Program-made: the position numbers and the translations under genes
In this document: positions 31,311-41,200 of the stretch, piece after piece
Position numbering within the stretch: the first letter of the stretch is position 1
Layout of the letters: every line of letters begins with the position of its first letter
NCBI GenBank assembly: GCA_963674945.2
Contig: CAXXWQ010000003.1
Coordinates: 352,001-416,000, forward strand
Length of the DNA stretch: 64,000 bases
From: an uncultured Desulfosarcina sp.
GTDB taxonomy: Bacteria; Desulfobacterota; Desulfobacteria; Desulfobacterales; Desulfosarcinaceae
Direction of reading: 5' to 3'
Notes under the pieces: model-generated
The model's input: only the letters and a program-made list of their open reading frames with translations
What the model was told of the DNA's origin: nothing
Database searches by the model: none

Positions 31311-31450
31311 AATAAAAAAGCCACGGTTGCCCGTGGCTGTCAATGGTATTGGAAATGAAGTTGTACTATGAGCAACGGGTCAGAGTCGTCAACACACACC
31401 TATCAGAAAAGGCAAATATGCCATTCTTCCATGTGTTACCAATGTTTCAT
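31311..31450 (-). promoter_or_regulatory. Putative attenuator in the ABC-F leader (terminator hairpin + short uORFs)
   Basis: AGCCACGG-gcaa-CCGTGGCT-TTTTT about 15 nt before the start codon. uORFs MKHW*, MEEWHICLF*, MAYLPFLIGVC*. Confidence 0.6.
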
Positions 31451-31893
31451 TTGGAATATCGGTGTGGTTGTGGCGATATTATTTTTTCACCCCGTTAGCC
31501 CCTTATCTTAATTGCGGTAGTGGATTTTCAGATTTGGATGATAAAATTTGCCCCGTTACGTATCAGGTACAAGGTGGTATGTCAATTTCAAAACGGAACC
31601 GGTATCCGGATGGCATTTGCCGAAAAATAAGCCGCCCAAGTGCTGAGACATTTAGATACTAATTTTCCATACCCTCTGTCAAATGATGAGATAGAAACGA
31701 TTCCGTTCACCTTCTGATTATAAATGGAGACAAGAATGTCATGGGGATCAAGAAAATTTGACATAGCTTCGCGTCACGGGTATAGAGTTTAGAAAAAATC
31801 TCAAGATAACAAGGGCAAAAATATTGATTTGGGATGAAGGAGTTTTCCGTTTACAGATTAACACAGCTTTGAGCAATGTAGAGAATAATTATA

Positions 31894-32754
31894 ATGGGTG
31901 ACAGGGAGTATAGCCGCACTGCAGAACTCACCGCCGCCATCCGTGCCTGGCACTATTTACACGGAGAGCATCCGCTAATCTTGGAAGATCCAATTGCAAT
32001 TGACCTATTGAGCCCTGAATTACACAGGCAATGCCTCGATGGAGACATGCGAGATAGATTTGGACGTAGTGGTGGGTCCGCCATCGTTCTTGGTCGAGCT
32101 CGCTATGCGGAAGATAAACTGGAAAAAGCAGTGCGATCGGGTACGAATCAATATGTCATACTAGGTGCCGGCGGGGACTCTTTCGCATTGAGGCGTCCGG
32201 ATCTGATGGAGAAAATCCGTGCATATGAGATCGACCAACCGGGAACCCAAGAATGGAAGCGGGAATGTCTGATGGAGCACGGCCATGCGTTGCCGACATC
32301 TTTGGAGTTCATTCCCGCCGACCTTGAACATGAAACGGTCCTTGAGGTTCTGGATCGGTCCTCTTTCAGAAAAGACCAACGCGTATTTTTCTCATGGCTT
32401 GGTACGTTAATGTATCTCACCCCAGAGGCGATCTTCGGCACCCTGCGAACTCTTGCTGAAGCGCTTGCCTCGGGCAGTGAAATTGTTTTTGATTATCGTG
32501 TACAGACTGAATTTATCGACCCTGATGATGTTGACATTGTCCTAAAAGGTGACGAGGCAACAGCAGCGATGGGGGAGCCCAAAAAATCATTTTTCAATCC
32601 CCATACATTTCCAGATGAAATTAAAGCAACGGGCTTCGAAATGGTTGAGAACCTTTCCCCGAAGCAGCTAACCCGGCGGTACCTTAAAAATAGAAAAGAC
32701 TTGGTGAAGCCGACAACGCATCAATGGTATGCTCATATACGTCTTTGCAGCTGA
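31894..32754 (+). CDS. SAM-dependent methyltransferase (leucine carboxyl methyltransferase-like)
   Basis: SRTA...AAIRA, QYVILGAGGD, YEIDQP..Q..K, WLG.LMYL. Confidence 0.9.
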   Translation: MGDREYSRTAELTAAIRAWHYLHGEHPLILEDPIAIDLLSPELHRQCLDGDMRDRFGRSGGSAIVLGRARYAEDKLEKAVRSGTNQYVILGAGGDSFALRRPDLMEKIRAYEIDQPGTQEWKRECLMEHGHALPTSLEFIPADLEHETVLEVLDRSSFRKDQRVFFSWLGTLMYLTPEAIFGTLRTLAEALASGSEIVFDYRVQTEFIDPDDVDIVLKGDEATAAMGEPKKSFFNPHTFPDEIKATGFEMVENLSPKQLTRRYLKNRKDLVKPTTHQWYAHIRLCS

Positions 32755-32806
32755 TTGAATTTTCTGATTCCTCTATCTAATTCAGACCAGGGTGTCTGAA
32801 TTGCCC

Positions 32807-32950
32807 TCAGCGGGTGAAGAACTCACCACCACCAACGCCGAATATCTGTCCGGTGATAAAACGCGACGCATCACTGACAAGGAATACCACCACCGGCGCC
32901 AAGTCGGCCTCCGATTCTCCGAAACCTCCGCCGAGCGGGATGAATGAGGC
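32807..32950 (-). pseudogene. C-terminal remnant of an SDR oxidoreductase
   Basis: [39 protein letters not shown]; truncated where the RAYT relic begins. Confidence 0.7.
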
Positions 32951-32967
32951 AGATTCAGGAAGGACCT

Positions 32968-33389
32968 TCGGGGTCAGGTCTCCACATTACACATTTTGAC
33001 CATTTTTCAATTCTCTCTACCTGCTTTCTCAGATGGCGATCTGTCTTTACCTCATTCAGGAACCAGGAGTAGGATTGGGGAACGGCGGAATCACCGATTC
33101 CGAATCGATCACCAATTGCTGCAAGGATGGCGGTTGTATACTTACGGCACAAAAAAATCTGAACTTTTCTGGAAAGGCTGGGTTTTTCTTCAAGCACCGA
33201 TTCAACGGTTTGGCAGATGCCTGGTAATGTTGCTTGGCGGGTCAACTGTTTCAGCGCCGGATTATTTCGGCCTGACTTCTGGTGGGAAATATATTCATCC
33301 TTATTGAAATCGATAAACGCCTGACTTCCAAGAAGGAAGGAACCAAAGATGTCTTTCATATCAATTCGAACAAAAACGTTTTTTATCAC
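32968..33389 (-). pseudogene. 3' remnant of a RAYT-type transposase (DnaA C-terminal-like HTH)
   Basis: LLGSQAFI, IFLCRKYT...IGDRFGIGDSAV; ends at AATGTGGAGACCTGACCC. Confidence 0.65.
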
Positions 33390-33664
33390 AACACAAGCTC
33401 GGCAAACACGAATGAAAACAACAGAATCTTAACAAGAATTACCCTCCTGTGAGTGGGGCGATTTTGTTCAGTTAACTTGAAAGCGATTCCAGAATTGCGT
33501 TTTTATGACAGCAAAATTGGACACCTTCTGAACCATCAAACCCGGACAGGGGGAAGACTTAAAAAGGCAGAGCCCCGTTAGCGGCCCTGACGAACACCGC
33601 CAATTCGTTGGAATAACTATATTTCTCTATTTTTTCGAAGCTCTGCCATTCATCCGGTAAAACA

Positions 33665-34198
33665 TCATGCCACGGAAAATCTTACGTTGTATGGGATGGT
33701 ATGAATTGCCTGATCTGCAAGTTGCCGAGTTATTTTGTACTTCGACAAGTTCATGCTGATTTTGAAAAGCCACTTGTAATAAAAATAGGGCATCACGTTT
33801 ACGGTTCTAAGTTCTTCCAACTTCCTGTCAGCCCAGTAATATGCTCGCGTAAAGTTCCAGCAATATGCAAAATATCTGATAGGCGTAACGATGACCTTCG
33901 TAAGGCGTTTCATAATCCACCTCCCGGTGCGATAGACGCTACCCTGCCACATCGATCCCTGGATCACATCCCAAGTGCTCGTCTTTGTTTTCGCATTCAA
34001 AGTTTCTATGTCGGGTATCAACGTGTCCTTCATTATCATCTTTCCCGTAATCTTCTCTTCTATTTTCGGCCATGATATCACCTCTCTGACTTTATGCTTG
34101 GTTGTTGATTTTTCTCTTGTCTGGTCAAAAGAGACGGCATCAACGAAATTGGACAATGTGAGCCGGTTGGTTGTTGAATGGTAGGGAAATACTGCCAA
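33665..34198 (-). CDS. Hypothetical protein
   Basis: 177-aa ORF with no recognised motif; start uncertain. Confidence 0.4.
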   Translation of the reverse strand: MAVFPYHSTTNRLTLSNFVDAVSFDQTREKSTTKHKVREVISWPKIEEKITGKMIMKDTLIPDIETLNAKTKTSTWDVIQGSMWQGSVYRTGRWIMKRLTKVIVTPIRYFAYCWNFTRAYYWADRKLEELRTVNVMPYFYYKWLFKISMNLSKYKITRQLADQAIHTIPYNVRFSVA

Positions 34199-34531
34199 TC
34201 AATAGTAGTGGGCTTGTAGTGCGGGGTATAATGATTTTAAAATCAGGGCTGATGCAAATGATCTATTCATCTTCTGGCGGCGGTGAAAAAATGACGAACG
34301 CTGCTGAACTTGATCAGACCGCGTATGATATTTTGGCCGGCATTCCCCCGATGTTGGGTTCTTTATTTGTCGGCGTTCAGAAAAACCTGCATGTAAAAGT
34401 GTTCCCCCACCGTTATCGTTTTTTCCGGTACCAACGGAATTTATTGTATCAGCTCTTCCGGTGAGTATCTGTTTTCCATTGGGAGGTATTACAAGGAACG
34501 CTTCGAGTGATGTGTGAAATGAAAAGAGATA

Positions 34532-35212
34532 CTATTTCCCCAACCACCTCAATATCCCCCGAAGTAAGGCGGCACTATGGCTGATCTGTTTATAAGCCTC
34601 CTCCCTGGACAGCAACCGGCCTTCCTTTTCCAACTGGTATCCCAGCTTCGCTGACAGATTGGCGATCCTGGCGACTTCCTTTACCAGATCTTCCTCGGAT
34701 CGGATCTCAATGGGATAGATTTCAATCTTAGACCAATTTACCAGGACTTCATTCTCAATAATACCATCCGTTACAGTGTGATTTTTCTGATTGTAGGCAT
34801 TGTAAAGGGTATTGTGAAGAGGCTGGGACAGGTCACCGACGTAGTGAACACAGAATGCCAGATTGTATTCAGCGTATTTTCCTGTTTTCGTGGTAGTCCG
34901 GTATTCTCTGATGGACTGAATGATGGCCCCGCAAAGGTGGCCTTTCTCGTCATCGGGATTGTTGTAGAGATCGGCCTGATTCAGTACCATTTCCGGTGTC
35001 ACCATTGTACCAGGTGGGTTGTTCACGTAGTGGTTCTTATTTTCAACGTCACCGGCTTTGGTTTTGGTGATATCGGCTCCGGCGGCATTATACCATTTCT
35101 CATAGCCGGCAGCCTTGGCGATAGCGAGATGGGTTTCGTCGTTCCAGGCCCAGCCTGATGCGGAGAACACCCAAAGTGTTAGGAACATCAACCATACTAT
35201 AACTCGTTTCAT
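34532..35212 (-). CDS. Secreted zinc-dependent phospholipase C / S1-P1 nuclease-fold protein
   Basis: Signal peptide, then W-x-x-x-x-H (WNDETH) and HYVGDLSQPLH. Confidence 0.82.
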   Translation of the reverse strand: MKRVIVWLMFLTLWVFSASGWAWNDETHLAIAKAAGYEKWYNAAGADITKTKAGDVENKNHYVNNPPGTMVTPEMVLNQADLYNNPDDEKGHLCGAIIQSIREYRTTTKTGKYAEYNLAFCVHYVGDLSQPLHNTLYNAYNQKNHTVTDGIIENEVLVNWSKIEIYPIEIRSEEDLVKEVARIANLSAKLGYQLEKEGRLLSREEAYKQISHSAALLRGILRWLGK

Positions 35213-35349
35213 CTTCAGTGCACCGATTGATTGAAAGTTACGCCACACCAAACACACGATTCCAGTTTGAAGGACGGTAATGTATGAACAGGTCTTTATG
35301 CAACGAGACATATCCTCGACCAGGCATCTTGTCAATGATAACCAACCCC

Positions 35350-35580
35350 TTGACACTAAATGAAATTTTTGCCACTTTGGATCAGTCCCACCTGTCATTT
35401 CCAGCCCAACATTTATGGAGTGACCATATGGCACTGACGAAAAACGACATCGTTGATCGGATCTATGAAGAGATTGGCTATCCCAAAAACCAAGCCCAGT
35501 TTCCGTGATGCTTTCAGAAAACGCCGAAGCCTGGGCCTTGCGGATGGATTCTATGAACGGAATGGAGATAGGTGATCCCA
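35350..35580 (+). pseudogene. Doubly deleted IHF-SRAP module (module C)
   Basis: Leader and MALTKNDIVDRIYEEIGYPKNQA match 28569-28715. The sequence then jumps to SRAP PSFRDAFRKRRSLGLADGFYE, then to the ATAGGTGATCCCA leader. Confidence 0.88.
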
Positions 35581-35940
35581 ATGAAATGTGAAAAGTGTAA
35601 AGCGATTATCCCCACAAACGACGAACGTGAATTTCATGGCAAAATGATCTGCGAAGACTGCTATATGGTCGCTCTTTCGCCTGCCAAAGCCTGTGATCCA
35701 TGGGCGGTATATTCCGCAAAGTCATTCTCAGATAAAACTGACGCTGAAACGAAGATTACCGAGACGCAGTCGAAAATATTACAGATCTTGAAAGAAACTG
35801 GTGGCATTGAGCCCGATGAGCTATCAGAGAGCCTTCAAATCGGACCGTCAGATCTCGAAAGAGAGGTTGCCACACTCCGTCATATGGAAAAACTCAGGGC
35901 TGAATTGCGAGATGGGAAAAAATTCCTTTGTCTGTGGTGA
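35581..35940 (+). CDS. CxxC zinc-ribbon + winged-HTH hypothetical protein
   Basis: MKCEKC...CEDCYM...KACDPWAV...LEREVATLRHMEK. Confidence 0.8.
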   Translation: MKCEKCKAIIPTNDEREFHGKMICEDCYMVALSPAKACDPWAVYSAKSFSDKTDAETKITETQSKILQILKETGGIEPDELSESLQIGPSDLEREVATLRHMEKLRAELRDGKKFLCLW

Positions 35941-36059
35941 AACTGAAAGGCAAGCCAGGATTTCTTCATTGCCATTTGAACAAAGGCAAACCGCGCTATA
36001 TTTCGGTCTGGAACCATTCACTCCTTTCAACTCCAGTAAACATTTACGGGGCACTCTTT

Positions 36060-36344
36060 ATGGCACTGACGAAAAATGATATCGTCGAAAAGATCCAGAA
36101 CCAGCTTGGCTTTCTAAAGTTTCAGTCCAAAGAGATCACAGAGATCTTACTGAAAATCATAAAGTCGGCGATGGAATCCGGTGACGATGTCCTGGTATCA
36201 GGCTTTGGAAAATTTTGCGTAAGGAAAAAGGCGGAGCGGAGAGGTCGGAATCCTGCTACCGGAGAAGATGCCATATTGCCCGCTCGACGAGTGGTCACAT
36301 TCAAGTGTTCGGGAAAGTTACGGGAAAAAGTGAACGGGGAATAA
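36060..36344 (+). CDS. ihfA: Integration host factor alpha-like protein (copy D)
   Basis: MALTKNDIV...VSGFGKF...GRNPATGE...VTFKCSGKLREKVN. Confidence 0.93.
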   Translation: MALTKNDIVEKIQNQLGFLKFQSKEITEILLKIIKSAMESGDDVLVSGFGKFCVRKKAERRGRNPATGEDAILPARRVVTFKCSGKLREKVNGE

Positions 36345-36835
36345 CTGTCGAACATGGGTTCAGGAAAATGATGGATTAAACGATCCTGTTCAGGAAATGA
36401 TAAATATCAGCAATAATCCATCAATCCTTTGTATAAAAAGCTTTACAATGCGTAATCGTATCTCCACCGGATACGGCCGGGTCATAGAACGTCTCTTAGC
36501 TCCGGCCTTACTTTTTTCTTTTTAGTTCTCATGGGTCACTCCTCTCGATGTAATTTATTTTTACACTCGGGAGTGTTAGCTATTTTCTTAGATTCTCAGC
36601 GCCATAAACTGGCAATTAGGACAACATAGTCGTGGATTATTTTGGATAGAATTGGAAAACTGGAAGCAAGCACTATCTGATTTGAATAGGGCTCTCAATC
36701 TCGTTGGTGGAGATGAAAAAGAAATTCCAGATATAGAATTCCACATCTATGAGGCAAAAAATAATTTTCCGGGGCAACGATGTAATTACGGTGGGATGAC
36801 GATTACAGATAGACAACAATTCTGACCCTTATCAT

Positions 36836-36933
36836 ATAGCATTCATATCAATGGACCATGGTGCATTTCCTTTGAGTGGGAAGATGGTGAGGCAGTGAGG
36901 ATTAATCTCGAACAATATCTTGAGGTAAAATAA
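36836..36933 (+). pseudogene. higB: C-terminal remnant of a HigB (RelE/ParE) toxin
   Basis: YSIHINGPWCISFEWEDGEAVRINLEQY immediately upstream of higA; 5' part absent. Confidence 0.7.
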
Positions 36934-36936
36934 AAT

Positions 36937-37181
36937 ATGGTTGAATATATGGTCAGACGTCCTTTAAAAAGGTCTCCGGTACATCCTGGCGAAATTTTAC
37001 GTGAAGATGTTTTAAAGAGTCTCGATTTGACGGTAAGCGAGGCAGCAAGACGACTCGGTGTCTCTCGTCAGCAACTTCACCGCATATTGGCCTGTACACA
37101 TCCAATTTCAACAGAAATGGCGCTTAGACTTGGAAAATTTGCCGGTAATGGGCCTGGGTTATGGCTACGTATGCAACAGGC
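36937..37181 (+). pseudogene. higA: HigA antitoxin truncated by prophage insertion
   Basis: PVHPGEILREDVL..L.LTVSEAA..LGVSR...MALRL...WLRMQQA; homology then stops abruptly at TGT 37182. Confidence 0.85.
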
Positions 37182-37231
37182 TGTAAATTTGCACACAAAC
37201 TCAGAATTTTTTGCAGATAAACTCAGAAATT
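37182..37231. repeat. Prophage terminus with tandem putative transposase-binding sites
   Basis: TGTAAA followed by TTTGCACACAAACTCAGAATTT (37188-37209) and TTTGCAGATAAACTCAGAAATT (37210-37231). Confidence 0.75.
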
Positions 37232-37260
37232 TTCAGCCATGTAAAAGCCAGTACGCAAAA

Positions 37261-37296
37261 CACCTGCTCGAATCAAATTGAAGGATTCGACAGGTG
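37261..37296. terminator. Inverted repeat downstream of the methylase
   Basis: CACCTG(c)TCGAATC ... GATTCGACAGGTG. Confidence 0.5.
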
Positions 37297-37328
37297 TAAA
37301 TTATTAGAATTTTGGGGTTAAATGCCTC

Positions 37329-38087
37329 CTAAAAATTTGTAATCAAAAGCTCATTTCCAACCGTCTGTTTGCCCTTCGAAACTGTGTATTTCAGCGCAAC
37401 AGGTTTAATTTCGAAAGCTTTAAATACCTCCCTGATATCAGAATGATCATTGATGCTTAATATGAATTTGCCACTGATTTTTGAAAGAATCTCTGCAAGT
37501 TTTTCGAAGTCTGCAAACCCAAAGTTATAGGCATAATATGGACATTTATAATAAGGAGGGTCGCAGTAAAAAAAGGTTTCTTCCCTGTCAAACCTCGGGA
37601 TAAATTCATCCCAAGGAAGGTTCTCAATCGTAGCATGAGCAAGCCGCAAATGAACTTCAGAAAGCGTTTCCTCCATGCGTAACAAGTTAATCATTGGCCG
37701 TCTCATCGGGCCTGAGCCATAGACCCTACTTTTTACCTTTCCTCCAAAACATAGCCGCTGCAGATAGTAATATCTGGCCGCGCGCTGGATATCCGTAAGC
37801 CCTCCGGCATCCTGTTGCCGATTCCAGTCCTCGAACCACTCCCTGGATGCCAAAAGCCACTTGAACTGCTTTAAAAATTCCTCCAGATGGTTCTGCAGCA
37901 CCCTGTAGAATGCGACCAGATCGCCATCCAGGTCATTGATCACCTCGTATTTGGATTGCTCCTTCCTGAAAAACACCCACGCGGCGCCGGCGAACACCTC
38001 ACAATAGCTTCTGTGTTCCGGGATCATTTCGATGATTGTCTTTGATAATTTCGATTTTCCGCCGATATAGGCCAATGGACTGTTCAC
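37329..38087 (-). CDS. D12-class (Dam-like) N6-adenine DNA methyltransferase
   Basis: YIGGKSKL, YCEVFAG, EVINDL, DPPY; GTG start after GGAGG. Confidence 0.93.
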   Translation of the reverse strand: MNSPLAYIGGKSKLSKTIIEMIPEHRSYCEVFAGAAWVFFRKEQSKYEVINDLDGDLVAFYRVLQNHLEEFLKQFKWLLASREWFEDWNRQQDAGGLTDIQRAARYYYLQRLCFGGKVKSRVYGSGPMRRPMINLLRMEETLSEVHLRLAHATIENLPWDEFIPRFDREETFFYCDPPYYKCPYYAYNFGFADFEKLAEILSKISGKFILSINDHSDIREVFKAFEIKPVALKYTVSKGKQTVGNELLITNF

Positions 38088-38209
38088 GAAAACCTCCAAG
38101 CACGTTTCTTTGGCCACAAGGGCCGTCTGAGTTCAGATGTCTGGTTGTCCGCATACAGCCATTCGCCCCGGGGATGTTGGCGCATCCACCAGGGCGGCCC
38201 TTTTCGTAT

Positions 38210-41200
38210 TTATGGTGTTGCGTTGGTAACCGTCTTGAATCCGGTCACGATCATATCGTCCCCGTCCGTAGCATCGACGATTGTCCCCTTGGCGGAATAA
38301 TTGATTTGTACCGTCTGGCCGCTGGTGGCCGCCGTGGTAGCGGTGAATGTCCTCGTCGCTCCGGAACCGCTGGGAGAGGACAGATTGATCGGCGTATCGA
38401 TATCCCAGTCGTAATAGAGGAAGAGATCTCCGGTGCTATACGACGATGTGTCGACCGATTGAGACCACGTGACCGATACGCTCGATCCATTGATGGAAAC
38501 CGCAGTGATGTATGGCCAGTCAACACCGAAAGAGGCATTGTTCGTTGCTGCCCATCCCTCAACGATCCCGCTGGTGACAGTGTTGTCATGGGCATGGTAA
38601 TTGACATTATCGACATAGATGCGATCCGAAACGGTATTGCCGTAAAACTCGATTTTATGCATCAACGTCACACCGTAGGAATCGGAACAATGCCCCGGAT
38701 TATACACAAACGCGTTTAGGTCGTTCCCAGTTGAGTTATTATAAAACAGCCCATTCATCGGGACGCCAAAGGAGCAATTTCCGGTTACGGAATAATCAGA
38801 GGGGTATCCGCTGAAAGCCGACTGCATCGTCATCCCACCATAGCCAACAACCGGGGCGGAGTTCCCCTCGAACATCACCCGATAGGCTGCTCCAAACACC
38901 AGCGGGCAGGAATTCCAGGTATGGGTAATCGTGTTAAACCCAAAATACGTGTTGATCGCAGGCGCACAGATGACCACTTGATCCCCGACAGAAGCGGAAG
39001 AGACATTTTCGCTGAAAGTAAAATCATCATGTACGTGCGTTAGGATCTTATACGTTTCGCCGATCAAAGCACCGTCAAGGAACACCATATAATACCCGGA
39101 AAAATCCCTCGACGTACTATCCCAATTTGCATGGGCCAACTCGATGGTGTTTGTACCAACTGCGGAAATCACATCCCGGTCAAATGTGGTAACGTCCGGG
39201 GTGCTGCTATAAACCGCATCATAGGAGGCACCCTCTTCTCTTGGATACGTGATTGTATTACAGGCAATGATATTATTTTCGAGCACGGAGCCGTTGCCGG
39301 TAATCCCGCCGCCACCAACAGTGGCCCCAGCCTTGAGAATAATACCAACAAAACCGCCATCGATCGTATTTCTCACAATCCGGTTGTTCTTTCCGGCCCG
39401 GATCTCGATATTATGACCAACCCCCTCGCTATTGTCCGAATCGATATTGTTGTAGTAAATGATCGCATTGTTCGCGTATGGCAGATAGATGCTGCCAAGC
39501 GTCGATCGATGTAATTCGCACCGGCGCACCTCTATCCCGTCCACCGGTACGGCGTTGGTGCTCTGGATCGCCCTGGTGTAGTTGGGCGCCCATCGAAAGT
39601 CCTGTATGCGGATATGGTCGTTCCCGCCGATATTGAGAAGCGTTGCGCCCATGTAGGCGGAAGATGAGCAGGTCGACACAACCGGCTCGCACGTTCCGCC
39701 AGACCACCCGTCCAGCGTGACCGGGTTTCCGCTCGTGCCGTAAATGTTCACATCGAGGCTGTCCTCGGTGATCGTGCCGGAAAAGAAAAACACATCTCCG
39801 CCGTAATCGCCTGTCAGGGCCTCGAACTGGGAAATGGAATAAGGAGAACTTTCCGACCCGTCGCCGCTCGCCCCATCGGCCACGTAATAGGTGTTCGCAG
39901 CAGCTTCTACGCCCACCGAGACGGTCCATCCCAAAGTGGTTGTAAGGGCGGTGTAGGCTGCATCCGATGAGGACGTCCGATTCGCGTTGCCGGTCAGGTT
40001 GATGTTGCCGCCGGTGGCGCCATGGGCCGCGAGGTCGATCAGGATATTGTCCACCTCCGTGGCATCCAATCCGAGATTGTCGAACGTGAGGATTGCCCCG
40101 TTTCCGGTGTTGAACGGCCACGAACCGCCGGTATAGTCGTCAATACCGCAGCCGGAGAGAAAGATGCTGGTTGCCAGAGACGCCGGCAAATCCGCGATGT
40201 CCCCGGCTATGGCTGTCCCTTCCAGGTTGAGCACGCCGGTCGGAGATATGGTGATATCGTCAGCGGCCCCTGTGACGCTGGTGTCTTTCAGGTTTACAAA
40301 AGAAATAAGGCCGCTCGGTAAACCCGTCACACTGCCGCCGATGTTGGTTGAATTGATCGCCAGGCCCCCGGTAAGGTTGCGCGGCAGGTCGGCCAGAGTT
40401 GAGCCACCTGTGAACGTCACACCAACCAATCCTAAAAAATCCGTAAGACCGGATGGGAGATCCACGGCATCAAGAGACAGTCCGGCCTCGTTATTTGCTG
40501 CCAGGTAGGTGACGGAGTTCCAGTCGCCCGTAATGGTGCCATTAAACGTCGTCGCCGACGCATAGGTGTGCTCGTAAAGGGTTTCGGTCACAGGCCCTGT
40601 CACGGTCGTGCTGGTCGAATCCCCCCAATCGATCTGGATCTCTCTTCCGGAGGGCAATGAAACAGTGAAACCGAGCGTAAGATCAACGGCCCCATCCTGG
40701 GCAAACGTCATTTCCTGCGAAGGCTCTCCGATTGTCCAGCCCAGAATATTGGACAGGTTTTCGAAGGCAGAATCGGAGGCGGTTGTCCTGGTCGCGTTGC
40801 CGGTCAGATCGAGAGTTCCATTCGTGATCGTGCCGGCATTCGCATAGGTGTTCAAATCAATGAGAAGATTGTCCACTTCCGTTGCATCCAGACCGAGATC
40901 GGCAAATGAAATCGTCCTGCCCGATGCCGTCTGCATCGGCCACGTTCCGGATGTATACGTGTCGACGGCCGTATTGCTGATATCGACGTCTCCGGTAATC
41001 GTGGATGGAAAGCCCGCGATGTCACCGCCAATGGCGGTGTTCGATGCGTAAAAATTGCCGGAAAGCCCGCTCCACAGATCGCCGATAGCACCGTTTACCT
41101 GCGTTCCCGTTATATCAAGGTCATAAACGACATGCGGAAGGGCCGCCAGCGCTCCGGTCGCGGCGGTGCTCCTGAGATAAAGGCTGGTGATGTTCTGGGA

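Noticed and set aside
28569..36344. Classical integron cassette array
   Set aside because: No intI gene and no recurring attC (RYYYAAC...GTTRRRY) sites were recognised, and the cargo genes lie in both orientations.
36937..37281. Full-length 114-aa HigA as given in the ORF track
   Set aside because: The sequence after QQA is read-through into the prophage terminus.
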